DNA of 64,000 nucleotides. Origin: Gracilinanus agilis (Eukaryota). Numbering within the stretch: position 1 is the first letter of the stretch; each line of letters starts with the position of its first letter. The stretch is from positions 484,576,068-484,640,067 of the forward strand of contig NC_058131.1 of the NCBI RefSeq assembly GCF_016433145.1, written 5' to 3'. This document shows, piece by piece, positions 24,882 to 37,700 of the stretch. The notes under the pieces were generated by a model. That model saw only the letters and a list, made by a program, of their open reading frames with translations. It was not told the DNA's origin and ran no database searches. The position numbers were made by a program, and so were the translations under genes.

Positions 24882-25789
24882 AGGAGCCTAGTGAGGGCAA
24901 GGCAAGCCAGTTCTGAGCCCAGAGTGAAAGGAAACTGAGCTTGGCGCAGAGTAGTAGGCAAGCATTGCAGGATGCCCTTGTGAAAATCAAGGATGAAAAA
25001 AAGTGTGACCCCCATCATAACCCACAGTAGGCCAGAGGCAGGACTGAGTTTGCGTCTACGCCAGGTAGACCTAGCTGAAGCTCCCAATAAAGGGCTAGAA
25101 GACCATCCGAAGGGAGTAGAAGAAGAAATAATGGGGATCTGGTCTCATCACCAGCCCAAGAAAGACACCTCAGTGTACAAGAGAAAGCAACCCCAATCTC
25201 TTGGGAAAGGAGGTGAGGGGGCATAGCAGGGGGGCACTTACTGGAAAAACAATTTCAGAGGGCATGGTAAGAACGAATGTGAATCAGTTATCAATGTCAT
25301 ATTCCCAGCAAAACTACAGCACCCTCTTTCTGCTCCTTTGATGAAGATGCATCTAGTCAGCCTTCTGACGCCTTAGAATAGCCACAGTTCCACCACCAGG
25401 AAGGAGAGCTTCCAGCTCCATGATGACTGACACTGTTCAGGCCAACACACCTCTTTTCTGAGGCAATCATCTCCATCAAAGCAAGAACGAGCCCTACAGA
25501 GGCACAAATTTGAAACTGTCTGCCCCTGACCTTCACAACAGCACCCAGTCAGCAGGGTTTTGAGAATCACAGCTTCAAGATTCAGCCATCATAAGTGTCC
25601 TCTGGTCTGAGGCTCAGTTTGAAGATGTTCTGGTCCAAGTACTGATCTGACTCAGGCACAGGTTTTGCATGTTGGTGATAGGTCCAAATGATGTGGCAAA
25701 GAGCACCTCTCTCTGGAAGAGCTCCTCCCTCCTCTCTTGGGAACAGGAAGAGGGCAAACAGCAAAGTTCCTTGGTTCACTACTTTCCAA

Positions 25790-28700
25790 CTAGTTCTTCC
25801 ATCGAATTTGCTGCAAGATCAGAATGTAGGAGTCCGGTCAGTATTAGCCTTTTAGAGTCACCAAAGTTCTATCACTCTAGGAAGACTACAGAGATTAAGG
25901 TAAGACATCTCCAGGCAGAGTGAAGGAGAGGGGAAAAGAATTCTCCTACCTTGAAGGGACATTTTTACTTATGGGGAACATTAAATCTAACTGTAATTCT
26001 CAGGACTAATTAGGCTGGCACTTCCACAGGTGAAATTGATAAAAACACTGAAAAATCCTAGTTGCAGAAAATGATCATAGAACAGATCCCTGAAAATATC
26101 TAAATGGGGATTAATTTCACAGCTAGTCCAGTCTTCCATGATCATTAAATAGAAACAGTCTGTTTTACTTACCAGTTATCACCACTGTAAGTCAATTCTA
26201 CTTACTAAGAGCCAGGACATTTTGGGCCCAGTATCTTAAAACCACTATTTTATGTATACCCTGAATTCCTTCTTCCAATCTAAATTTAGTCTTTATCTAG
26301 GCATACCAACTGAAGACCAGTCCAAAGATTTGCAAAGTAATGTTACCCTATATGATAACCCTATTTTTATTCCAAACCTCAAAAGTTTGGAATTAGTCTG
26401 AAAGACTAATATTCAAACTGCTCAGACAACTGCTGTTCTAACTTGATCTTGGGAACCACCCCCCACCCCCCGGTAGATCCTTTGCAAACAGTTTATTTCC
26501 CCGAGTCTGGTAGAAAGACAAATCCAAGTTGCTCACCAAATTACTGAGAATGCTGTCAATCTTCTCCTCCTCTACAGAAGCTTTATCCACCTTATCCCTG
26601 TAAGCTACTAGTTGTTGCCGATCCTTTAGGTCCCGATATGTCTGGAGAGCAAAACAAAAGAAACCATCTTTTTTGTTTCCATTTCATCTTCCTAAGTAAA
26701 GGTACCAGATATAAGGTTTGTGGTGGTTATATCTGAGTTGGATAATAATAGGATCAGGGAAGAGCCAGACAGAACCAGGTGGAGAAAAATTGGGGAGAGG
26801 CCTGGCGGGCCTAATCTAAAACCTTGCATTCCATAAACCAACTCATTAGATGATACAAAGCAAATTTTCAAGGAAGCTGAAAACAAGACCAGGAGTCCTG
26901 GCTTCCAGTCTAGCTTTCACCAGGCCATACCATCCAATAGGCAGAAAGAGAAGCAAGTAAGGAATTAAGGATAATAGATGGAATGATAAACCTTCTATTC
27001 TTATTCAAGGTTCTACTGAGGGTCTGACCCAGGGGCCCTTTTCCTCTAGAACTTACTTCAATAACAACATCATGGCACTTAAATTTGGTGGCTAGATTCA
27101 GCTTTGTGTCTACATCTTCCACTAGTCGGATATACTCCTGTAAGACCTGTGGGGGAAGAGACAGTAGAGGTCCATGAACTTCTAAGCCAGTAAATACAGA
27201 TATCCAACAAGAAAGAGAGTATAGAAAATAGTATAGAATAGAAAATGCATCTACAGCCAGAAGACAGATTTAAATCTTGGTTCTGCACATCATATTTGTG
27301 TGGCCTTTGGCAAGTAACTTCTCCAAAATTCAGTTTCTTCATCTCCAAAACGAAAGTAATAATACCTTTACAACTCACATCTTATAGAGTTCTGGTAAGG
27401 ATTAAATGTATATAAAGCAGGGGGCAGCTAGATGGCTCAGTGGATTGAGAGCCAGGTCTAGAGACAGGAGGTCCAGAGTTCAATTCTGGCCTCAGATACT
27501 TCCTAGCTGTGTGACCCTGGGCAAGTCACTTAAACCCCCTTGCCTAGCCCTTCCTGTTCGTCTGCCTTGGAACGAATATACAATATTGATTCTAAGTTGG
27601 AAGGTAAGGGTTAAAAAAAAAAGTATGTAAAACAATTTGTAAAAATAAGCATTATACACACATATATAATAAGTAGATATGAACTAAAGTTTCTACACAA
27701 ATAAAATCAATGCAGTTAGAATTAAAAGTGAAACATGAGAGGCAATGAGGTGGCTCAGTGAATAGTGTCAGGCCTGGTGCTGGCTTAGTGGATAGTGCCA
27801 AGCCTGGAGTTGGGAATTCTAGGTTCAAACACACTTCCTAGCTGTGTGGCCCTGAGCAAGTCACTTAACCCCAAATGCTAGCCCTTCCCCTTCTGTCTTA
27901 AAAGTTATTAAAATAGAAAGGATTTAAAAAAGGAAAAGCAAAGCATTTATACTGGGGGAAAAATCTGACAAAGGACCATTGTACAAAATATAGAGGAAAT
28001 TAATATGAACACATAAAGAAGGGTCATTTTCAAATAAACATCAAAGGACATCCACAATAGTTCTCAAAAGAAAAGCAAGTTATCATCAACCATATCTTAA
28101 AAGTGCTCCAAATCACTACTAATGAGAAATGCAAATTTAAACAACTCTAAATTGTTAGAGGGGTTATAGGGAGATAGTTACACTAATTATTGTTGGCAGA
28201 GCTGTGAAATGGTCCAACTGTTCTGGAAAAGAGTTCAAAACTTAGAGTTCTATGTACAAAATCATTAAATTGTATATAAGCCCTTTGACCCACAATTATC
28301 ACTCTTGGGCCTGTTCCTCAGAGAGAAAAGAGAAGAGAAAAAGAACCCCAAAATGTTTACTGCAGCACTTTTTGTTGTAGCAGAGAATTGGAGCCTAAGG
28401 GGGTACCCATCAATTGGAGAATGGCTGAACAAATTATGGTATGTAAATCTAATGAGACATTATGAGGCCTTAAGAAATGACTAAATGGATGGATTCAGAG
28501 AAACCTGAAAGGATGGCAATATGAGATGCAGTGAAATGAAAAGAACTAAGGGAACAATTTATAAAATAACCACACTGTAAAAGAAAACAGCTGTGAAAGA
28601 ACTATGATCAATGAAATGGCTAATTATACCTTCAGAACCCTGTTGAACCATGCTTTTTACCTCTTGGAAGAGATGATGAACTAGAGGAGCAAAGTGAGAT

Positions 28701-31700
28701 CTACTTTGCAGATGACAAATGAATTTTTTGGGGGATATGTTTATATGTTATCAAAGAGCTTTTATTTTTCTTTTCTGGGGGAAGAAAACAGTGGGAAGTA
28801 GTAATCATGATATTTAAAAAAGGAATAAAAAGGAAAGACCATCAATGAGTTGTTTTAAAAAAATTAACTGAAGAGTGCAAATGTATAGGATAGAGAAGCA
28901 GAGCAATGTTGAAACTGCTACATTAAATTTGAATTTTAAAAAAGCTTTTTGTAGAAGGGAAAGAAACATCAAGCTATACATAACAGAAGTTCGCTTTCTT
29001 ATATAATCCCTTTCATTTCTGATATATTGAAATATTCATTTAAAAATTATAGTTAAATTCATAATAAACATTTGAAAAGAGAGATAGAGTAGTTTTTCTT
29101 AAAAACCTCCTTGCACCTCAAGGAAAAAAATCCTAGTCATCTGTTCTCTTTGGAACCTAACAATCAAAGTAGGCCATGCTTCTGATTTGACATAAAGCCA
29201 TGTCCTTAATGCCCCCTGTGAGTCCTCCTTTTCTGTCATGTAAACATTATCCCTATGTTCTCTGTGGGATTCAACCCAGCCAAAAATTCCTAAATACTTC
29301 AGAGAAGTTCCTCTCTAGGATGGACAGATTCTGTCTGCTTCTACAGAGCAGAGTGAAGCTTTCTTCACAGAGCACCCATGCTAGTGTGTTTAATGGCATA
29401 CTCGGTCTCATTCAACAAAAGACTCAGCACTGGCTAGGAGGCTCAAAATCAGATGGGACTGTTTCCTGAGGTGTTCTGCAGGTAAATCCTTCCCACCTGG
29501 ACAGGGGCATTGTTCTTATGCAGAATTTCCACAACTCGGTGGAAGCCAATGGGAGCTCTCTTCTTGGTGTATCCCAGCCAATTCTGAAACAAACACAGAG
29601 ATGTGAGAAACACTTAGACCCAACCTTCTTTATAAGGGAAAAGAGAAAGGGAGGAGAAAGGGCAGAGACTGTGAGGGGAAGAAGACAGAGAAAAAGGGAG
29701 ACAAAGAGAAAATGGTGGGGATGAGCTTCATAGAAGATTTGCCAAGAACAGGAAAGAGGCCATGAGAATTAAGAGCAGGAAACATGAAGGTTTTCATGGA
29801 GAAATGGAACAAAGAGGAAGCAGGAAGATCAGGCATTGAAGTATAGTCATAGGAAACTAAAGTGTAAATCATGGACCCAAACACTATGCTCGAAGCTAAG
29901 AGGAACCTTTGGAGTCACTGGACAATAAAGTGACAGTATCTCTTCCAAGGAAAGACTAAACAAGAAAAAATGTTAAGGCTCCAGGGCACCTACCTTGGTG
30001 GTGAAGAGAGCATCCACATCTTGCCATGCTCGGAGTTTGGCACGGGCAGCCAGCGCCGTCAAAACATACTGCTTGTCAGGAATCTGGAAAACAAAGATGG
30101 AGAATCAAGGAGATTGGGGACCAGCTAGAAGAGCAATGGGTCCAGGAGGAGAGCTAATAAACTGTTTAGAAACCAAGCAGCTTTGAGGTACACACATTTT
30201 GTTTGAGACCCATTTTCTGAAGAGATATGAGGATCAAAAAAGACACAGGATGGTTCGAAAACATGACTTCTGTAGAGCTAGGGTTCTCTATTCATCAATA
30301 CATTCCTACCTATTCAAGATCAACAGTAGGGGTGGGAGTCGGGGGGATTGTTTGGGAAAAATTAGGAAATTCCCACTGGATGAGAGTCGAGTAACCCATC
30401 CTCTCTTCTGGTTCATAAAGAAGCAAAATAAAGGGTTCTTGCTGACTTTAAGAGCTTGTTTCAATCACTTGATCAAGAAACATTTATTAATTATCTACTA
30501 TGTATCAGGCACTGGAAATACAAAGATAAAAATGAATCAATCTTTGATCTCAAGAAATTTACATTTTGGTGTGGGTGGGGAAAGCATGTGTGTGTGTGTG
30601 TGTGTGTGAAGTGTAAAGACTAAAAACAAGGTAATTTAAAGAGGGAGAGAACTAGAGAAGTTGGGAGGAATCAGGAAAAGCATTATATATAAGGTGGTAC
30701 AAGAGCTGTATTTTCAAGTAAAGGATTTTCTAAGGTGGAAGTGTGGAGGAAAAGCAAAGGAAGGACTGCCAGTGTATAGGCATGGAGGTGGAAGATGAGT
30801 CAGAGGATAAAGAACAAGAAAGGCAGTTTGTTTAGGCTGTAAAGTGCAGAAGGGGAGTAACATATAACATGGATGGTGGGAGAGGTTGGAATCATGTTGT
30901 AAAGGGCTTTAAAAGCCAAAGAGAAGTTTATATTTTATTCTACAGGCAACAGGGCACCCCTGAAGTTTACTGAGCTGAAGAGTACCATGATCTGACCCAT
31001 GCTTAAGGAAAATCACATTTCCTGAAGCAACATTTATTCAGAAGATGGACTGCAGCAAGGGAAAAAGATGTGAGCCAGAAAGATTAATCGACAATAGTCT
31101 AAGTCAAAGGTGATGAGGGTTTGAACAAAGGTAATAACTTTGTGAGTAGTGAGATGGAGCCTGATATAAGAGATGCTGAGATAGAAATGATAAGATCTAG
31201 CAAGTGAATGGATATGTGGAGTGGGGTGGATGTATTACATCTAACATGAACCTGGGAGAACAGAAGAATGGTGATTCCCTCAATACAACTAGGGAAGTTC
31301 AAACGAGAGCTTCCTTGGTTGGTGGGATTAAATAAACCTCACTAGTTTCAGCCTTTCCATTATCCATTCTTCTAATTTTTCATATTTTCCCTGATGTGGA
31401 TGCTATTAAAAAAAAAAATTATCCAGGGGCAGGTAGGTGCTCAGTGGATTGAGAGCCAGGCCTAGTGACGGGAAGTCCTAGGTTCAAACCTGGCCTCAGA
31501 TACTTCCCAGCTGTGTGACCCTGGGCAAGTCACTTAACCCCACTGCCTAGCCCTTACCGCTCTTCTGCCTTGTAACCAATACACAGTATTGATTCTAAGG
31601 TGGAAGGTAAGGGTTTAAAAAAATATATATCCATTCAGACTTACCTTAAAGGTTTTTTTCAGGTTGATGGGACTGCTAAATGTTCCCTGGGGGAAAAAAG

Positions 31701-34700
31701 AGAAGGAACATTACTGTGTTTTCTATAGCAGCTAATTCTACTATATTCAGCTATTTTATAGCAGCTAACTCTGCTATAGAATACAGTAAATCTTTCACGA
31801 TGGACAAAACTTCTCATTTTCCTATCTTTAGCACTTTCTACATTTCACTTCCCGATATCCTGGGTTTAATATATAAGTGCAGCAAACCTATTCGGTCTGA
31901 GTATCTACATCATACAACTACATGAAAGCTAGGTTGAAAAATCCAATGCCTTCTCTAGTTCTTTAATGAGTCTTAAGTAATGGAAAAACTGACACTCCAA
32001 TCATTAAAAATATCTTCATGAAATCAGAAGTTGTGTGTGTACTCATATTGAGCTTTCCTGCTTCTCTTATCACCCAAAATCTATCTCTCTTTGAAATGCC
32101 CTAACCTGAAAGTTATACCCTTTGCAAAGAGGTTTCTGTGAAGACCAGCAGCCAAAGTAAATCACACCAGACTCTGGTACCAGATTCCTGAAGGTATACC
32201 AAATAACAACATACTCTTATTCATCTAGTGACCTTTTTAGAGTAAGGTAGCATCCAAACTTATTCATACAATAATAAGACCATATTCAGGGGCAGCTAGA
32301 TGCCTCAGTGGATTAAGAGCCAGGTGTAAAGATGGGAGGTCCTGGATTCAAATCTGACCTTAGACACTTTCTAGCTGTGTGACCCTGGGCAAATCACTTA
32401 ACTCCCATTGCCTACCCCTTACCACTCTTCTGCCTTGGAACCAATAGTGTTGGGTTTAAATAATTAATATTACTAAATTAAATTTTTAAATTAAATTTAA
32501 ATTTTAAATTAAATCAAATTTTATTAAATAAAAGGTTTAAAAAAAATATCATAATCCATATGTCCCCAGTCAAGAATTTATGAAAATGGGTATATTAATC
32601 TCCTAAATTTTTTTTTCACATACCTCAGGCTCTGTGTAGTGGTAGAAACAGGAGTAGAAGAGGGTTGTCACCAGTGGCATATTGAGGATGGAGGCTTTCC
32701 GTGGATGTTTCCGGAAGATTTCTGTCTGTCCTGAAGATTCCAGATGTCGATCATTCACCTGAGCCAAATGGAGTCAAGACGGAAAAAAGAATAAAACCCA
32801 CAGATTATGCAGAAGAGACAACTAATATTCCAGAAAAATAAAGAGAAAATAGTAAGTCTGGGAAGATAGGCTAGAACAGTCAAAACAATTCAGGGCAAAG
32901 ATCTTAAGTTGATTTCACAAAAGTTATAGAAAGATAGCTTGCTGAGGAAACATTCTTCATAAAGTGAGAATTGGAGTACTCAGGAGAAAGGGAAAAAGGA
33001 AAAATGGATAGAATATAAGCAAAGGACATAGGATTCTTAGAGACTGGCTACTCACAGAGTAACTGAATTAAGAGGAATTAAGTTTGGGGGCAGATGGTTC
33101 CGGAACTGTGCCTGGTGCTGAATGGCATTGGTGGAAGGGAGAGGTTTTATTGGCTTTGAGACAGGGAAGATAAGTGAGGATTCTAACCTCAATGATGATC
33201 TGTCGTTCCAGGAGTGTATAATGGTCTTGTATGTGAGCAACATCTTCCACTGAAAATGGTAAACTGGTGAAAGGCCAGAAAGTTAATACTTCTCTTTGAA
33301 TAAAGGTTTTCTCCCAAAGGACGAACTAAACCAGTGATGAGCAAACTTTTTAAAGAGGGGGCCAAAGGAAAGGAAATGCTCATTTGTCAGTGTGTTTCTA
33401 AGGCAACTCTTCTGAAGTTTCATTGTATTGTATCCTACTCGTTGTATTCATCAGATTAAGAATAATGTTGCACTGTTGGATAGAACATTTCAGGGGGCCA
33501 CATCTGGCCCACAGGCCCGTAGTAGTTTGCCCATCACTGAACTAAACCAAACTACAATTAGTATCTTTATCTAAGAAATTCTTAGTGCTCCCAAACAGTA
33601 ATGTCTATAAAGATATCTCTAACAAACACTTTTTCATTCAGTGATAGTAGTAATGCTACTATATTTGAACACTAACATCACAGTCTGTAATATACTTGTA
33701 ATGAAAAAATTACACAAAAATAGGAAGAGGAAAGCTGTACTGATATAGCAACACAATTTTGAGGGCACCAAGTTCAAGCTATCTATCATAACCAAAAAAA
33801 AAAAAAAGACAAATGAAAAAAATGCCCAATTAGAACAGACAATCAGCAAGAAAGAAGGCAGGCTATGAATTTGCACAATAGTGAAAGTGTTAAGTCATTC
33901 ATTTTCCCACCCTCTATTTAGCTGGTCAAATACTCCTCAGAATCAGGCCAGTGGCTCCTGGGCCACAGATCATGGTCCCCTCTCTGGAGACAACTCATCT
34001 AGAAATGCTTCCAGGTTGGAAAACATGGAAAACTGTAGGCTATGGGGCTGGTGCAATGATTAAGCTCTGCAATTCTGAAGGAAGTATCCAAGTCAATGTA
34101 ATAACAAATTGATCCAAGTTATTAAGTTTTATAAAGCATTTTCCTAAAAGCAATCTTGTGGACTAGTATTAACCCAATTGTACAGTTGAGGGGATTTCAA
34201 TTTAAGAATGTTATGTGGTCACCCAGATGAGGAACCTGAGGCTCAAGAGGTTCAATGTCTTGCCCAAGGTCATTCAGGTAATAACAGAGTCAGGATTTGG
34301 GATTCAAATCAGATCCTTCTACTCCAAGTTTGATGCTTTTTCTACTGTCCCATATGTCCCTGCTACTGACACCATCCAGTTACCTGTTTGGGGTGCAAAT
34401 TGGAAGGTGTGAATGTGTAACTACCCTTCATAACACTCTTTCAGCTATCATATTTTTGGATACACAAATCATTATAGCAGAGCAGAGGTTTAAGTGTGTA
34501 TGTGTATATAAAGGAAAGAAAAATTTTATTTCAGTATAATTGAGAATTTCATAATACTAAGACTAATCACAGGAAATGGAAAAGGTAGTCTGTTAGTGGA
34601 GTGTTGGGCTTGGAGGCAGGAAAGTTTAAGTTCAAATCCTGTATTTTAACTCTTATTAGCTATCTGAGCCTCAGCTTCCTCATTTGTAAAATAGAGATAG

Positions 34701-37700
34701 TAAAACCTGGAGTAACTTCTTCAAAGAGTTGCTGTGAGGTCAGGATGAAAATGTATTGAAAGTACTTTCAGATCTTAAGATGCCCTCTAAATGTCAGCTA
34801 TCATGATTATTTTTAGGTACTGAAATCCCCATGACTCAAATACATGAGGTGGAACATCATGGCATAGTAGGGAAAAAATGGGCCTGGAGTCTGAGAACTG
34901 GGGTTCAAGGCTCAAGTCTGCACTCAATACCTGTATGATCTTAAGCAAGTCACATAACCTCTGGGTCTCAGATCTCTTATAAAATGGAGGTTTGGTCTAG
35001 ATGATCTGTGAGGTACTTCCTAAAATTTATGAAACATTGATTGATCATCCATCAGGAAAGCTAAAGAGGAAAGGAAGATTCCTGAAAAGAGTAGCTAGGG
35101 TCCCACCCATCCCTAAGGCTCCATGATGCCTCATGAGAAACTGCTCTGCAAACCCACCTCCAGTTACCTGTCCCCACTGTCTGCCTTTTTGATCCTTTTT
35201 GTGTTAAAGCCCTCGTACCCAAACTCCCATCTTTTTGTGTATGGGAAGGGCTTACCCAATGCAACTCTTGAGAAATTCTTTCCGCTTCTCAGGGTCTTGG
35301 ATGCTTAAATGCTCTTGGTATTGGGACAGCTATATAAACAAAGAGGAAAATTTTGAGTGGTCTGGACTTTATGCAGAGGGGAAGGCAGCTAGAGTACTCC
35401 TGTGATTAATACCATTGCTTCCGAGCACACTACATTTCAAGGAAAGCACCCAAAACTCCCAAAGGAGTTGGCGGAATGAAGCAAACTCAGGAGGTTGATG
35501 GAATTGTTGCATTTGCTTGTCTACCTGGTTTTCTGGCCTATGCTGGGTTCTTTGTGAGATTTCATTAGTGCTAGGAGTTCCCTGATGAACAGGCTTCCTC
35601 TACCAATGCAGACGGACCACTATTCTGCCATGTATAGTCATAGAGAGTTGTCTGGATGCTGAGAAGTGACCTGGCCAGTGTCACAGAGTCAGTATGAGTC
35701 AGAGGTAGGATTTGAACAACCAAGTTTTCATGACTACAGGATTGGTTTTCTATATTCCATCCTACCTCTTCCACCTTACTTATGACTCTCTTATCTCTCA
35801 CTTTTGTCTTAGGACAATATTAACTAATTCTACATGTTCTAATCAATAAACACTTAAGGAGCAACAGTTAGGCAATACAGTGGATGGAAAGCCAGGCCTG
35901 GAGCCAGGAGGACCTGGGTTCATATTTGGCCTTGGACACTTCCTAGGTGTGTGACCTGAAGCAAGTCACAATCCCATTTGCTTAGCCCATGCCTAGTTAT
36001 CACTAAGGCAAAAAGTAAAGGTTTAAAAAAACAACAACAAAAACCCCAAGCCTTTATGAAGCACTTACTATGTGCCAGGCATTGTGCTAAGTGCTGAGGG
36101 TAGAAAAAAAGGCAAAAGACTTCCCTAGAGCTCAAAGTCTAATTCATATAAAACTCTTAAGTCTGAAAGAATACCACACATATTATCTGATTTGAATCTT
36201 AAAACAATTCTGTGGCATAGGTACTACAGATATTATGTCCATTTTTTAGATGAGGAACTGGAAGTAAGACCAAGACAAAGAAAATATTGATAATATGGAA
36301 ATAGGTTTTGAACAATGTTACAAGTAAAATCCAGTGGAACTGCTTGTCAGCTCTGGGAGGGGGTAGGGGTAGGGGGTAGGAAAGATCATGAATCACATAA
36401 CCACAGAAAATATTCTAAATAAATGAATTAGAAAAAAAAGAATGAGTACAGTTTTAGGTGTTATCAGGTAGAGATCAAGGCCATACTTACTGCAAGTTCT
36501 TCTGTTCTATCAAGGTACCTGAGAACATAGAAGAAAGGGAACAGTTCAATAAGTGAACTCCACATTAAGGGTACTCTACCCCCTAGCATTTTTGCCTAAT
36601 GTGTGTGAAAGTAATTCCTTGCATCATAATAAGCTCTCACCTTAGGATGAATGATCTGAGAGCAATAAAGTCCACAGTCATATCCACTGTCATCCAATAT
36701 AAACACTTATGGGTTTTTTGTTGTTGTTGTTTTTTAAACCCTTACCTTCCATCTTGGAGTCAGTACTGTGTATTGGCTCCAAGGCAGAAGAGTGGTAAGG
36801 GCTAGGCAATGGGGGTCAAGTGACTTGCCCAGGGTCACACAGCTAGGAAGTGTCTGAGGCCAGATTTAAACCTAGGACCTCCTGTCTCTAGGCCTGGTTC
36901 TCAATCCACTGAGCCACCCAGCTGCCCCCACTTATGGCTTTTTAAAACCATTACTTACTAAGTATCAGTTCCAAGGCAAAAGAATAGTAAGGGCTAAGCA
37001 AATGTGGTTAAGTGACTTGTCCAGGGTCACATAGCTAGGAAGTGTCTGAGGCCACATTTGGACCCGGGTTTCCTAGGACTCTATTCACTGAACCATCTAG
37101 CTGCCTTTACATGCCTTTATCTTTGTTGTCTTCACTACCACTAGTCCCTCCTCAAAGCATAGCAAATCTTTTTTGTCTTTACTAATTTTAAAAATTATTT
37201 TATAAATTTTAATTAAAAAAAATTCCCTAATTACACATGCAAACAATTTTTAAGATCCATTTAAAAAAAAATTTGAGTTCCAAATTCTTTCATTCCTTCT
37301 TCTTCCCCTCCCTGAGATGGCAAGCCATTTGATATAAAGTTATACATGTGTAGTCATGCAAAATATATTTCCCTATTCATCATGTTGTAAAAAACAGACT
37401 AAAATACAAAAAAAGAGAATGTTTTAAAAAATAAAAGCATAACAAATCTTGAGGAATATATCTTATTTTTATAACTTCTTGTCACACACTGTCAATGTCC
37501 ACAGCCAAATGAAGTGCTTCTTTAATCTTTAATCATCAGTGGGGGTGAGGGGTTGGGGAGGCAGCTCACCACTGTGCTGATATCTGGGAATGGAACCTTA
37601 CTAGAAGGAGTCTGTCCAAAGGTAGAGCCTTTAGCTCTTTCTGTAGGTTTGAAGTGAAAAATAAAATAAGTTGTATTCTTCACTTCTCATCCTGGAAGGC

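Noticed and set aside
24993-25226. 77-aa plus-strand ORF
   Set aside because: Antisense to the probable VIPAS39 3' UTR with no motif; length compatible with chance.
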